Positions 54,839 to 64,000 of a stretch of 64,000 nucleotides of DNA are shown here, piece after piece. The stretch comes from Pseudomonadota bacterium (lineage in GTDB: Bacteria > Pseudomonadota > Gammaproteobacteria > Pseudomonadales > JADFDG01). The DNA is taken from contig JBMOOO010000001.1 in the NCBI GenBank assembly GCA_049324475.1, positions 116,223-180,222 on the forward strand. Reading direction: 5' to 3'. The notes below the pieces were generated by a model. It made no database searches. It saw nothing but the letters and a program-made list of their open reading frames with translations, and was not told the DNA's origin. The first letter of the stretch is position 1; the number at the start of each line of letters is the position of its first letter. The position numbers and the translations under genes were made by a program.

Positions 54839-56368
54839 TCAGGCCGCCGGCCGGTGATCGTGGCGGCTGCCGCGCCCCTCCAGATACTCCGCCAGTGCCA
54901 CCCGTGCCTGCGTGTCCAGGTACATGCCCAGTTTGCTGCGCCGCCACAGCAGGTCATCGGCGGTCCTGGCCCATTCGGTCCGCCGCAGGAAATCCGCCTC
55001 GCGGGCATACAGGTCGTGGCCGAAATGCCGGCCGAGATCGGCCAGTGAACGGGACGGGCCGATCAGCTCGCGGCAGCGGCTGCCGTAGGCACGGGCCCAG
55101 CGCGTGGCCAGCGGCAGCGGCAGCCAGGGGAATTCCGCCACCAGCGCCCGCGCCAGCTGTTCCGGCGTGCGCCCCTGCAGTTCGCCGCCCGGCAGCGGTT
55201 TGCGGTGGGTCCAGGGTTCGCCGGTGGTCACGGTGGCCGGCAACAGGGGCAGCAGCCGTGCCAGCGCCGACAGCGCCAGCCGGCGGTAGGTGGTGAGCTT
55301 GCCGCCGAACACGGTCAGCAGCGGCGCGCCGGCGTCGGTGGCCAGTGACAGTGTGTAGTCGCGGGTGACCGCGGAGGGGTCGCCGGATTCGTCATCGCAC
55401 AGCGGCCGCACGCCGCTCCACGCCGCCAGGATATCGGCCGTTGCCAGCGTGCACTTCAGGTGGCGGTTGGCAACGTCCAGCAGGTACTGCGTTTCCGACG
55501 GGGTGATCGCCACCTGCGCCGGATCGCCGGTGTATTCGCGGTCGGTGGTGCCGATCACGGTGAAATCCAGCCACGGCAGGATGAACACCACGCGGCCGTC
55601 CTCGTTCTGCACGATCAGTGCGCGCGGGTCGTCGTGCAGGCGCGGCACCACGATGTGGCTGCCCTGCACCAGCCGCACGTGGTACGGCGATTTCTGCTGC
55701 GCGCGCTGCTCCAGGAACTGCTGCGCCCAGGGGCCGGCGGCGTTCACCAGGGCGCGCGCACGCACGGTGTGGCTGCCCGCGGCGTCGGTCAGCTGCAGTT
55801 GCCAGCCGCCGTCCACCACCACGGCGCGCTCGCAGCGCGTGTAGTTCACCACCGTGGCACCGTGCTCGTGCGCGGCCAGCAGGTTGGCAATCACCAGCCG
55901 GGCGTCGTCGACGGTGCAGTCGGAATATTCGAAGCCGGTGCGGAATTCGTCGCGCAGGGCCGCGCGCAGTTGCGGTTCGTCGCCGATGTCCAGGCGGCGC
56001 GAGCCGGGCAGGGTGACACGCTTGCCGAGATGGTCGTAGAGGAACAGGCCGGCACGGATCATCCAGGCCGGGCGCAGGTGCGGTGCATGCGGCATCACGA
56101 AGCGTTGCGGATGCACCAGGTGCGGCGCCATGCGCAGCAACACCTCACGCTCCGCCAGTGCCTCGCGCACCAGGCGGAACTCGTAGTGTTCCAGGTAGCG
56201 CAGACCGCCGTGCACCAGCTTGCTGGAGGCGCTGGACGTGGCCGAGGCGAAGTCGGCCTGCTCGCACAGGAACACCCGGAGACCGCGGCCGGCAGCGTCG
56301 GCCGCGATGCCGGCGCCGTTGATGCCGCCGCCGACGATGGCGAGGTCGTATTCGGTATGGGGGTACAT
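54839..56368 (-). CDS. glpD: Aerobic glycerol-3-phosphate dehydrogenase GlpD
   Basis: N-terminal FAD fold YDLAIVGGGINGAGIA. GlpD-typical SSKLVHGGLRYLE. Sits with glpR and glpK. Confidence 0.95.
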   Translation of the reverse strand: MYPHTEYDLAIVGGGINGAGIAADAAGRGLRVFLCEQADFASATSSASSKLVHGGLRYLEHYEFRLVREALAEREVLLRMAPHLVHPQRFVMPHAPHLRPAWMIRAGLFLYDHLGKRVTLPGSRRLDIGDEPQLRAALRDEFRTGFEYSDCTVDDARLVIANLLAAHEHGATVVNYTRCERAVVVDGGWQLQLTDAAGSHTVRARALVNAAGPWAQQFLEQRAQQKSPYHVRLVQGSHIVVPRLHDDPRALIVQNEDGRVVFILPWLDFTVIGTTDREYTGDPAQVAITPSETQYLLDVANRHLKCTLATADILAAWSGVRPLCDDESGDPSAVTRDYTLSLATDAGAPLLTVFGGKLTTYRRLALSALARLLPLLPATVTTGEPWTHRKPLPGGELQGRTPEQLARALVAEFPWLPLPLATRWARAYGSRCRELIGPSRSLADLGRHFGHDLYAREADFLRRTEWARTADDLLWRRSKLGMYLDTQARVALAEYLEGRGSRHDHRPAA

Positions 56369-56462
56369 GGGCAGGCCAGGTTGATGGCTGACCCTGAAAG
56401 GCTAAATCGAACCCTTTGTGTTCGTAAACGAAAATTAATGACCAAAAGGTTTTCGGTATGGA

Positions 56463-57302
56463 TTACTTCGGGTTCGCAATGCTTGAATGGTGGGCCTGTG
56501 CACCCGGGCCGTCAGGGGGATCGCCGAGGTCTCCGTCCCGGCCGGCAATGACCAGCCGGCGCCGGGCCCGGGCCAGGGTTTCGGCCGGGCCGGGGGGCGG
56601 GTCGGTATCGGTAAAGAAGGTATGGACGTCGGCCAGGCTGCCCAGCCGGATCATGGCCTTGCGGCCGAACTTGGAATGGTCTGCCGCCAGATAGATGCGG
56701 CGGGCGTTGGCCATCATGGCCTGGGAGACACGCACTTCGTGGTAGTCGAAATCGAGCAGCGTGCCGTCGTCATCGATGCCGCTGGTGCCCACCAGGGCGA
56801 AGTCCACCTTGAACTGGCCGACCAGATCCAGCGTGGCCTCGCCGATGATGCCGCCGTCGGTGGAGCGCACCTGGCCGCCGGCCACGATCACCTCGAAGTC
56901 CTCGCGCGGGCCCAGGGTGTTGGCCACGTGCAGGTTGTTGGTGATCACCTTCAGGCTGCGCCGTGCCAGCAGCGCATGCGCGATGGCTTCGTTGGTGGTG
57001 CCGATGTTGATGAACAGCGAGGCGTGGTCGGGAATGTTCTCGGCCACGGCGGCGGCAATGCGGCGCTTCTCGTCGGCGTTGTGCACCTGCCGCTGCTGGT
57101 AGGTGGTGTTGGCCGTACTGCTGCCCAGCGAGCCGGCGCCTCCGTGGTAGCGGCGCAGCAGGGATTGTTCGTGCAGGATGTTCAGGTCCCGGCGGACGGT
57201 CTGCGGCGTGACGCCGAAGGTCTGCACCAGCTCCTCGATGGTGGCGAAGCCCTGGCGGTTGACCAGGTCGAGGATTTTTTCGTGGCGCGTCTGCTGGGCC
57301 AT
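56463..57302 (-). CDS. glpR: DeoR-family glycerol-3-phosphate regulon repressor GlpR
   Basis: DeoR HTH ([36 protein letters not shown]) plus a sugar-phosphate-binding C-domain. It lies between glpD and glpK. Confidence 0.85.
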   Translation of the reverse strand: MAQQTRHEKILDLVNRQGFATIEELVQTFGVTPQTVRRDLNILHEQSLLRRYHGGAGSLGSSTANTTYQQRQVHNADEKRRIAAAVAENIPDHASLFINIGTTNEAIAHALLARRSLKVITNNLHVANTLGPREDFEVIVAGGQVRSTDGGIIGEATLDLVGQFKVDFALVGTSGIDDDGTLLDFDYHEVRVSQAMMANARRIYLAADHSKFGRKAMIRLGSLADVHTFFTDTDPPPGPAETLARARRRLVIAGRDGDLGDPPDGPGAQAHHSSIANPK

Positions 57303-57406
57303 GGGATGGACACCGCGGGAACCGGAGGCGGGCCTATTATTGCGGGCAGGCCTGCGAATACCACAACAAAAACATCGGCTGCCGGAGCAGCCGCGGGAGA
57401 CAGGGC

Positions 57407-58900
57407 ATGAATCGCCATCTGCTGGCCATCGACCAGGGCACCACCAGTTCGCGCGCCATCGTGTTCGACGCGCGCGGTGCGCGCGTGGCCACCGGGCAGC
57501 AGGAATTCGCCCAGCACTATCCGCACGACGGCTGGGTGGAACACGATCCGGAGGAGATCTGGTCGTCGGTGCTGGCCGTCTGCCGGCAGGCGATCGAGCG
57601 TGCCGGGATCACCGCGCGCGACATCGCCGGCATCGGCATCACCAACCAGCGCGAGACCACCGTGGTGTGGGAGCGCGCGACCGGCAAGCCGGTGTACAAC
57701 GCCATCGTCTGGCAGGACCGCCGCACCGCCGCCGAGTGCGAAAAACTGCGCGCGGCCGGCCACGAGACGCTGGTGAAACGCAAGACCGGCCTGCTTCTTG
57801 ATCCGTACTTTTCCGCCACCAAGATCGCCTGGATCCTGGACCGTGTTCCCGGTGCGCGTGCGCGTGCCGAACGCGGTGAACTCGCGTTCGGTACCATCGA
57901 CACCTTCCTGCTGTGGCGGTTGACCGGCGGTGCCTCGCATCTCACCGACGCCACCAATGCCTCGCGCACGCTGCTGTTCGATATCCATCGCCAGCAGTGG
58001 GACGACGAGCTGCTGGCGCTGTTGCGCGTGCCGCGCGCAATCCTGCCGGAGGTGCGCGACTGCACCAGTGAATTCGGCAGCACGCTGCCGGCGCTGCTGG
58101 GCGGCGAGATCCCGGTACGCGGCATGGCCGGCGACCAGCAGGCGGCGCTGATCGGCCAGAGCTGTTTCGAACCGGGCATGGTGAAGAGCACGTACGGCAC
58201 CGGTTGTTTCCTGGTGATGAACACCGGCAGCAAGGTGGTGGATTCGAAGAACCGGCTGCTGTCCACCGTGGGCTACCGGCTGGACGGGACGACCACCTAC
58301 GCGCTCGAAGGCTCGATCTTCGTGGCCGGTGCCACGGTGCAGTGGCTGCGTGACGGCTTGCGGCTGGTGAAGAGCGCCTCGGAAACCGAGGCGCTGGCGC
58401 GCGACACCGGCGATGCCGGCGGCGTGTATTTCGTGCCGGCCTTCACCGGCCTGGGCGCGCCCTACTGGGACCCGCACGCGCGCGGTGCGATCTTCGGCCT
58501 GAGCCGGGATACCGGCATCGGCCAGATCGTGGTCGCCGGCCTGCAGTCGGTCTGCTACCAGACCGCGGACCTGATGGAGGCCATGGTCAGTGACGGTGCC
58601 CACAAGCCGAAGGCCCTGCGGGTCGACGGCGGGATGGTGGTGAACAACTGGCTGGTGCAGTTCCTGGCGGACATCCTCGCGGTCGAGGTCGACCGGCCGG
58701 TGGTCACCGAGACCACGGCCCTGGGAGCGGCCTACCTGGCCGGCCTGCAGGCCGGGCTGTTTGCCTCCCCGCAGGAGATCTCGCGTTTCTGGCAGTGCGA
58801 GCGCCGCTTCCTGCCGCACATGGACGAGACCCGCCGGGCCGGGCTGTACCGGGGCTGGCTGGACGCCGTGAGCCGGGTGCGCTCGCACGGGACATCCTGA
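57407..58900 (+). CDS. glpK: Glycerol kinase GlpK
   Basis: [29 protein letters not shown], and the [19 protein letters not shown]-family motifs. Confidence 0.95.
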   Translation: MNRHLLAIDQGTTSSRAIVFDARGARVATGQQEFAQHYPHDGWVEHDPEEIWSSVLAVCRQAIERAGITARDIAGIGITNQRETTVVWERATGKPVYNAIVWQDRRTAAECEKLRAAGHETLVKRKTGLLLDPYFSATKIAWILDRVPGARARAERGELAFGTIDTFLLWRLTGGASHLTDATNASRTLLFDIHRQQWDDELLALLRVPRAILPEVRDCTSEFGSTLPALLGGEIPVRGMAGDQQAALIGQSCFEPGMVKSTYGTGCFLVMNTGSKVVDSKNRLLSTVGYRLDGTTTYALEGSIFVAGATVQWLRDGLRLVKSASETEALARDTGDAGGVYFVPAFTGLGAPYWDPHARGAIFGLSRDTGIGQIVVAGLQSVCYQTADLMEAMVSDGAHKPKALRVDGGMVVNNWLVQFLADILAVEVDRPVVTETTALGAAYLAGLQAGLFASPQEISRFWQCERRFLPHMDETRRAGLYRGWLDAVSRVRSHGTS

Positions 58901-59176
58901 GCGGCCAGCCTGTCCGGATTTACTGGTTGACAAATGCTGACAATTTCAGGGGGCCCTTGGTCCCCGGTTTCTGGCCTTCCGTCACCCGCCGGGTGAGAAC
59001 GGGCTCACATTTTCTTCCTAAGAACCTATATTCAAGGTCATACGAAAGTATGAGTTCTCGTTGGTCGTTCATGCCTTGAGGGGACACGGGAAAACGTGAA
59101 ACAGGGCATGTACCAGAACGGGGACGGTCGATAATCTGTCGCGCTTTTACGGGGTGCCCGGGATCAGGGCAACCGC

Positions 59177-60295
59177 ATGCGCACGCAGGGGGGGCCCATG
59201 ACGGGTCTGGCGATAGGCAGGGACGAAGAAGAGCAGCGCCAGCACATCCGGCGAGTAGTCCGGGCGGGTATCGTCGGCAGCATTGCCCACCTGATTCTGC
59301 TTTTCCTCACCCACGAACTTGGATTCTTCCGGGGCGAGTTCTCGGCCCTGATCGCGCTGGTGCTGTTCCAGGCATCCGGCTACGTGCTGTTTTTCCTTTA
59401 CATGCAGACCGGCCGCAACCGGACGCATGCCGATCCTTCCATGACCATGCCGCTGCTGGTGTGGGCCACCACGGCGATCCTGGTGTCGGCCTATTTCGTC
59501 GACCAGGTGCGGTTGTGCGTGATGATCATGTTCTTCGTGTTCATGGTGGAAGGCGCTTTCCGCCTGCGCCTGATCGATTTCGGACTGCTGTCGGTGTACT
59601 GCACCGCGGGTTACCTCGCGATCCTGTTCGTGGTGAAAGAGCAGTATCCGGAAAACATCGACCGCACTGCCGAGCTGATCCAGTGGGCCGCTTTTGCGAT
59701 GCTGACCACCGGCTTTGCCTTCATGGCCGGCGAGATCGGCACCATCCGTCAGCAGCTGGAACGGCGCAAGAAGCAGAACGAGACCGCCAAGGCGCGCATG
59801 GAAGAGCTGGCCATCAAGGATGAGCTGACCCAGCTGTTCAATCGCCGCCATGCCATGGAACTGCTGCGCCATCACAAGGGTCTGGCTGATCGTGGCGCCT
59901 ACGAATTCGCGGTGTGCTATGTCGACCTCGACCACTTCAAGCAGATCAACGACAACTTCGGGCACCACGTGGGTGATCTGGTGCTGAAGCGTTTCGCCCA
60001 GGCGGCGACCACCACCGTGTCGGGCGTCGATCACGTGGCCCGGCTCGGTGGCGAGGAGTTCATCGTCATTCTGGTGAAATCGAATCTGGAAGCAGCCCGG
60101 CTGGTGTCGGAGCGCCTGCGCCAGGCGGTGGCAGACATCGACTTCTCCGATGTGTCGCCGCGCCTGCACGTGTCCGCTTCGCTGGGTCTCACCATGTACC
60201 GTCCACAGGAAAAACCGGAGTCGCTGCTGTCCCGTGCCGACGAAGCCCTGTATTCGTCCAAGCAGGGTGGCCGCAACCGGGTGACGGTGATCTGA
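59177..60295 (+). CDS. Membrane-anchored diguanylate cyclase (multi-TM N-domain + GGDEF, motif GGEEF, no RxxD I-site)
   Basis: About 6 TM segments, a coiled linker, then DELTQLFNRRH...YVDLDHFKQINDNFGH...ARLGGEEF. The alternative start is ATG 59198. Confidence 0.85.
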   Translation: MRTQGGPMTGLAIGRDEEEQRQHIRRVVRAGIVGSIAHLILLFLTHELGFFRGEFSALIALVLFQASGYVLFFLYMQTGRNRTHADPSMTMPLLVWATTAILVSAYFVDQVRLCVMIMFFVFMVEGAFRLRLIDFGLLSVYCTAGYLAILFVVKEQYPENIDRTAELIQWAAFAMLTTGFAFMAGEIGTIRQQLERRKKQNETAKARMEELAIKDELTQLFNRRHAMELLRHHKGLADRGAYEFAVCYVDLDHFKQINDNFGHHVGDLVLKRFAQAATTTVSGVDHVARLGGEEFIVILVKSNLEAARLVSERLRQAVADIDFSDVSPRLHVSASLGLTMYRPQEKPESLLSRADEALYSSKQGGRNRVTVI

Positions 60296-60296
60296 C

Positions 60297-61442
60297 ATGA
60301 ACGCCGAAGCGCTGAGCCGCGAAGAAAACCGCCGCATCTGGTTCCGGCACGCGATGTTCGCGTCGGCCGGCATGCTGGTGCTGACGGTGATCGCGTTCGG
60401 CTACCTGATCGGCGATTACTTCCGCACCAGCCCGCTGGAATTCCTGCTGATCTTCACGCTGGCCTGGATCGGCCAGGCCGTGCTGGTCTGGCTGATCAGC
60501 AGTGCGCGCAGCGAGCGTTTCCGCGACCCGGCGCTGACGGCGCCGCTGATGATCTGGTCGACCATTTTCATCCTGGTGGCCGCGTACTACGTGGACGTGG
60601 GCGAGCTGGCCGGCGGGACCCGTCTGTCGATCATGATGATGTTCTTCGGTGTGCTCACGCTGGGCTCCTTCCGGCTGGCCAAGCGCTGGTTCTACCTGAT
60701 CTCCACCGCCACCAACTTCGGTTACTGCTACGTGCTGTACCTGGCGTTTACCGACCCGGAAATCTCCAAGGGAGTCACCGAGTCGGTCGAGCTGGTGCAG
60801 ATCCTGATGTTCATCTTCCTGACGACCATCTTTGCCCGTACCGGTGCCGAGATTGCTGCCCTGCAGACGCGCCTGCACGACGAGAATGCGGCGCTGGAGG
60901 CCAATACGGCGCGCATCCGCGACCTGGCCATACGCGACGAGCTGACCCAGCTGTTCAACCGCCGCCACATCATGGATGTGCTGCGCGAGCAGAAAATGCT
61001 GGCCGATTCCGGCGGCTATTCGTTCGTGCTCGGCTATATCGATCTCGATCACTTCAAGCGCATCAACGACACCTACGGCCACGGTGTCGGCGATATCGTG
61101 CTCAAGCGCTTTTCCGACATCCTGCGCCATTCGCTGCGGGAAGTGGATTACGCCGGCCGGCTGGGCGGCGAGGAATTCGTGGTGGTGCTCACGCGCACAA
61201 AGCTGGCCGATGCGCTGGTGGTCACCGAGCGCATCCGCAGGGCGATCGAATCGGCGGATTTCTCCGACGTGCAGCCGGGCCTGAAGGTCACCACCTCGCT
61301 GGGTGTGACGGCCTATGCCTCGCCGGAAACACTGGAAGATGTGCTCGGCCGTGCCGACAGCTATCTCTACCAGGCCAAGCAGGGCGGCCGGAACAAGGTG
61401 GTCAGCGGCGAAGGCGGCGGCAGCCGCGTGGCCGGCCGGTAG
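60297..61442 (+). CDS. Membrane-anchored diguanylate cyclase paralog (GGEEF with RxxD I-site)
   Basis: Same architecture as its neighbour, starting 1 nt after the upstream stop. REVDYAGRLGGEEF. Confidence 0.85.
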   Translation: MNAEALSREENRRIWFRHAMFASAGMLVLTVIAFGYLIGDYFRTSPLEFLLIFTLAWIGQAVLVWLISSARSERFRDPALTAPLMIWSTIFILVAAYYVDVGELAGGTRLSIMMMFFGVLTLGSFRLAKRWFYLISTATNFGYCYVLYLAFTDPEISKGVTESVELVQILMFIFLTTIFARTGAEIAALQTRLHDENAALEANTARIRDLAIRDELTQLFNRRHIMDVLREQKMLADSGGYSFVLGYIDLDHFKRINDTYGHGVGDIVLKRFSDILRHSLREVDYAGRLGGEEFVVVLTRTKLADALVVTERIRRAIESADFSDVQPGLKVTTSLGVTAYASPETLEDVLGRADSYLYQAKQGGRNKVVSGEGGGSRVAGR

Positions 61443-61490
61443 GAGCCCGTTCGGGGGCGATCACGTCGTCCGCAAACGGATTCCCGCAGG
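61439..61490. repeat. Solitary REP unit plus degenerate inverted partner
   Basis: GTAGGAGCCCGTTCGGGGGCGATC, followed by the degenerate GTCGTCCGCAAACGGATTCCCGCAGG. Same family as the REPs at 38306-38812. Confidence 0.55.
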
Positions 61491-61502
61491 AATTTTTCCG
61501 AT

Positions 61503-61536
61503 AAAAAAAGCGGGCCGAAGCCCGCTTTTCTTTTTC
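61503..61536. terminator. Bidirectional rho-independent terminator
   Basis: AAAAAAAGCGGGC-cgaa-GCCCGCTTTTCTTTTT, lying between convergent genes. Confidence 0.8.
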
Positions 61537-61568
61537 GTGCTCCGCGCGTTGCGCGCGGGCCGCCGGGA

Positions 61569-62171
61569 TTACAGCTTGCCGGCGTTCTCGGCCAGGTATT
61601 TGGCCACGCCGTCCGGCGTCGCGTTCATGCCCTTGTCGCCTTTCTTCCAGCCGGCCGGGCAGACTTCGCCGTGCTCTTCGGTGAACTGCAGCGCGTCGAC
61701 CAGACGGATCAGTTCTTCCATGTTCCGGCCCAGCGGCAGGTCGTTGACGATCTGCGAGCGCACCACGCCGTTCCTGTCGATCAGGAAGGCGCCGCGGAAG
61801 GCCACGCCGCCGGCGGCTTCAACGTCGTACGCACGGCAGATGTCGTGGGTGATGTCAGCCACCAGCGTGTACTTGACCGGGCCGATGCCGCCCTTGTCCA
61901 CCGGGGTGTTGCGCCAGGCGTTGTGGGTGAAGTGCGAGTCGATCGACACGCCGATCACTTCCACGTTGCGCGACTTGAATTCCGGAATGCGGTGGTCCAG
62001 TGCGATCAGCTCGGACGGGCACACGAAGGTGAAGTCGAGGGGGTAGAAGAACACCAGTGCGTACTTGCCCTTGGTGGCGGCGGAGAAGGTGTACGAGTCG
62101 ACGATCTTGCCGTCGCCCAGTACGGCCGCTGCGGTGAAGTCCGGTGCTTTCTTGCCTACGAGGACGCCCAT
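61569..62171 (-). CDS. Typical 2-Cys peroxiredoxin (AhpC/Tsa family)
   Basis: The FFYPLDFTFVCPSE peroxidatic Cys motif and the resolving Cys in GEVCPAGW. Confidence 0.9.
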   Translation of the reverse strand: MGVLVGKKAPDFTAAAVLGDGKIVDSYTFSAATKGKYALVFFYPLDFTFVCPSELIALDHRIPEFKSRNVEVIGVSIDSHFTHNAWRNTPVDKGGIGPVKYTLVADITHDICRAYDVEAAGGVAFRGAFLIDRNGVVRSQIVNDLPLGRNMEELIRLVDALQFTEEHGEVCPAGWKKGDKGMNATPDGVAKYLAENAGKL

Positions 62172-62205
62172 GTCGTTGCTCCTGAGTGGATGGTTCGCGG
62201 GGGGT

Positions 62206-62538
62206 TCAGCTGGCGGCGTCGGCGGGTTTGCCGGCGCCCTTGAGGATTTTCGTGAGCTCGCCGGAGGCGGACAGCTCGGTGACGATGTCGCAGCCGCCGA
62301 CCAGCTCGCCCTTGACCCACAGCTGCGGGAAGGTCGGCCAGTTGGCGTATTTCGGCAGGTTGGCGCGGATTTCCGGGGCCTCGAGGATGTTCACGTAGGC
62401 AAAGGGTTCGCCCACGGCCATGACCGCCTGCACGGCCCGCGCGGAGAAGCCGCACTGCGGGAACTGCGGCGTGCCCTTCATGTAGAGGATGACGGGGTTG
62501 TCGCGGATCTGTTGCTCGATGACCTGCATGACGTCCAT
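62206..62538 (-). CDS. grxD: Monothiol glutaredoxin (Grx4/GrxD family)
   Basis: ATG at 62538. CGFS active site (PQCGFSARAV), and WPTFPQLWVKGELVGGCDI. Confidence 0.9.
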   Translation of the reverse strand: MDVMQVIEQQIRDNPVILYMKGTPQFPQCGFSARAVQAVMAVGEPFAYVNILEAPEIRANLPKYANWPTFPQLWVKGELVGGCDIVTELSASGELTKILKGAGKPADAAS

Positions 62539-62587
62539 GGGACGAACCTTCGAACGGAAATCGGGGGGCCGCATTCTACCCCGGGAT

Positions 62588-62616
62588 TTGCACCCCCGGG
62601 ACAGGCCCGATATGAT
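62588..62616 (+). promoter_or_regulatory. Candidate sigma-70 promoter
   Basis: TTGCAC - 17 nt - TATGAT, facing argD. Confidence 0.4.
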
Positions 62617-62626
62617 CGATTTCCCC

Positions 62627-62656
62627 CGGCAGCCCTTGGCTGCCGTTTCTTTTTTC
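62627..62656 (+). terminator. Intrinsic terminator/attenuator hairpin in the argD leader
   Basis: CGGCAGCC-ctt-GGCTGCCG followed by TTTCTTTTTT. There is no upstream + strand gene for it to terminate. Confidence 0.65.
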
Positions 62657-62702
62657 CGGACTTTGACGAGGCGGCACCGGAGCCGCCCGGGACGAGTGTG
62701 AG

Positions 62703-63893
62703 ATGGCCGGTGAGCACCTGATGCCCACCTATGCGCGGCAGGCGGTCGGGTTCGTGAAGGGCGAGGGTGCCTGGCTCACGGACAGCGAAGGCCGGCGCTA
62801 CCTTGATGCGGTCGCCGGCGTGGCGGTCTGCAACCTGGGCCATGCCCACCCGGCGGTCACCCGCGCCATCCAGCAGCAGGCCGCGGCCGTGCTGCATACC
62901 TCGAACCTGTACCGCATTCCCCTGCAGGAACAGGCCGCCGACGCCCTCTGCGCCGCGTCCGGCATGGAGAAGGTCTTCTTCGGCAATTCCGGTGCCGAGG
63001 CCAACGAGGCCGCCATCAAGCTGGCGCGGCTGTACGGCCACAAGCACAAGGACATCGACAATCCGGCCATCGTGGTCATGGACGGGGCCTTCCACGGCCG
63101 TACCCTGGCCACGCTGACCGCCACCGGCAACCGCAAGGTGCAGGCCGGTTTCGAGCCGCTGGTGAGCGGCTTCGTACGGGTGCCCTACAACGATCTGGAC
63201 GCGGTACGCCTGGTGGCGAAGAACCGCGACATCGTGGCCGTGCTGGTGGAGCCGGTGCAGGGCGAGGGCGGCGTGATCATCCCGGACGAGGGTTACCTCG
63301 AAGGCCTGCGCACCATCTGCAATACCCACGGCTGGCTGCTGATGCTGGACGAGATCCAGACCGGCAACGGCCGCACCGGCAGGTATTTCGCCTATCAGCA
63401 CACGAACGTGCTGCCGGACGTGGTCACCACGGCGAAAGGTCTGGGCAACGGCGTGCCGGTGGGCGCCTGCCTGGCACGCGGCATCGCTGCGGAAGTCTTC
63501 GCGCCGGGCAATCACGGCAGCACCTTCGGCGGCAATCCGCTGGCCTGCGCGGCGGCACTGGCCGTGGTCACGGCGCTGCGCGAGGAGCGAGTGATCGAGC
63601 GTGTGCCGGCGCTGTCGAAGAAAATCCTCGACGGCTTCCGTGCGCAACTGGGCAAGGTGCCGGGCGTGGTCCAGATCCGCGGCCGCGGCCTGATGGTCGG
63701 CATCGAGCTGGATCGCCCCTGCGGCGATCTGGTGGCGCGCGCCCGCGAGGCCGGCCTGCTGATCAACGTGACTGCGGAAAAGACCATCCGGCTGCTGCCG
63801 CCGCTGGTCATCACCGACGCCGACGCCGACCTGCTGGTGGCAAAACTGTCGGCACTGGTGGGCGAGTTCCTCGCCGCGCCGGTCGCTGCCTGA
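62703..63893 (+). CDS. argD: Acetylornithine aminotransferase ArgD (class III PLP aminotransferase)
   Basis: LMPTYARQAVGFVKGEGAWLTD, FFGNSGAEANEAAIKLAR, DEIQTGNGRTG, TTAKGLGNG (PLP Lys). Followed by argF. Confidence 0.9.
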   Translation: MAGEHLMPTYARQAVGFVKGEGAWLTDSEGRRYLDAVAGVAVCNLGHAHPAVTRAIQQQAAAVLHTSNLYRIPLQEQAADALCAASGMEKVFFGNSGAEANEAAIKLARLYGHKHKDIDNPAIVVMDGAFHGRTLATLTATGNRKVQAGFEPLVSGFVRVPYNDLDAVRLVAKNRDIVAVLVEPVQGEGGVIIPDEGYLEGLRTICNTHGWLLMLDEIQTGNGRTGRYFAYQHTNVLPDVVTTAKGLGNGVPVGACLARGIAAEVFAPGNHGSTFGGNPLACAAALAVVTALREERVIERVPALSKKILDGFRAQLGKVPGVVQIRGRGLMVGIELDRPCGDLVARAREAGLLINVTAEKTIRLLPPLVITDADADLLVAKLSALVGEFLAAPVAA

Positions 63894-63909
63894 TCCCGGA
63901 CATTCCGCC

Positions 63910-64000
63910 ATGGGCCTGCGTCATTTCCTGACCCTGCTGGATCTTTCGCCCGAGGAACTGCGGGTGCTGATCGCGCGCGCCATCGAGCTGAAGGGCATGC
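63910..64000 (+). CDS. argF: Ornithine carbamoyltransferase ArgF (3' end cut by window edge)
   Basis: MGLRHFLTLLDLSPEELRVLIARAIELKGM, an OTCase/ATCase-type N-terminus 16 nt after argD. Only 30 codons are visible. Confidence 0.7.
   Translation, partial: MGLRHFLTLLDLSPEELRVLIARAIELKGM

Noticed and set aside
59050-59079. 9-codon mini-ORF MSSRWSFMP in the GGDEF leader as a leader peptide
   Set aside because: There is no convincing RBS and no regulatory-codon run. It is too short to evaluate, so it is mentioned only as context.
59085-59160. Possible c-di-GMP-I (GEMM-I) riboswitch upstream of the tandem GGDEF genes (ACAGGGCA and GGGGACG strings, GAAAA-loop hairpin)
   Set aside because: Only short fragments resemble the consensus I remember. 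I could not assemble the P1/P2 tetraloop-receptor architecture by eye. It needs an Rfam covariance search before any claim, so it appears only as a check inside the leader finding.
1-64000. Searched by eye for CRISPR arrays, tRNA/rRNA/tmRNA genes, integrases, toxin-antitoxin pairs and known defence-system signatures
   Set aside because: I found no regularly spaced direct repeats, no tRNA-like T-arm (GGTTCGAATCC-type) motifs in the intergenic regions, and no recombinase or nuclease/ATPase defence genes. The only mobile-element trace is the RAYT remnant with its REPs.

Overview
High-GC chromosomal segment that looks gammaproteobacterial: Pseudomonas-type NrdAB with a long N-terminal NrdB tail, GTAGGAGCC-type REP elements, and liv, glp and TRAP operons. 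I cannot assign a genus from sequence alone. Coding density is about 90%, and I can support roughly 55 protein-coding genes. Most are housekeeping or envelope functions:
- transport: mgtE, livFGMHK-type ABC transporter, a TatT-associated TRAP transporter, amt, a CPA2 antiporter, an RND efflux pair
- RNA and translation: SpoU-type methyltransferase, yeiP, rlmJ, yegQ, a beta-CASP RNase
- metabolism: acyl-CoA ligase, an OYE flavoprotein, nrdAB, glpD/glpR/glpK, peroxiredoxin, grxD, argD/argF
- signalling: two two-component systems and three GGDEF proteins

I saw no rRNA, tRNA, CRISPR array, prophage or intact transposon. I did not recognise a clear-cut novel multi-gene system such as a defence island.

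The observations most worth follow-up are:
1. A lipoprotein with a near-canonical Kunitz/BPTI protease-inhibitor domain, in a tight three-gene operon.
2. A 7-blade RCC1-propeller lipoprotein gene interrupted by one in-frame TAG exactly where every other blade has the conserved Trp codon.
3. A 678-nt nrdA leader with four NrdR-like boxes in a symmetric 135/32/136-bp layout.
4. A decayed REPtron: a RAYT pseudogene with an internal deletion flanked by REP clusters. The REP heads supply the stop codon of three unrelated genes.
5. An orphan promoter plus intrinsic terminator immediately upstream of argD.
6. Several unexplained gene pairings: desaturase with an ATP-grasp-like protein, a small OM barrel with a 4x Big_2 lipoprotein, and amt with an unknown helical protein and no glnK.

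The many long ORFs antisense to real genes are high-GC artefacts and were rejected. All family assignments come from reading the translations and recalling motifs. No database search was run.
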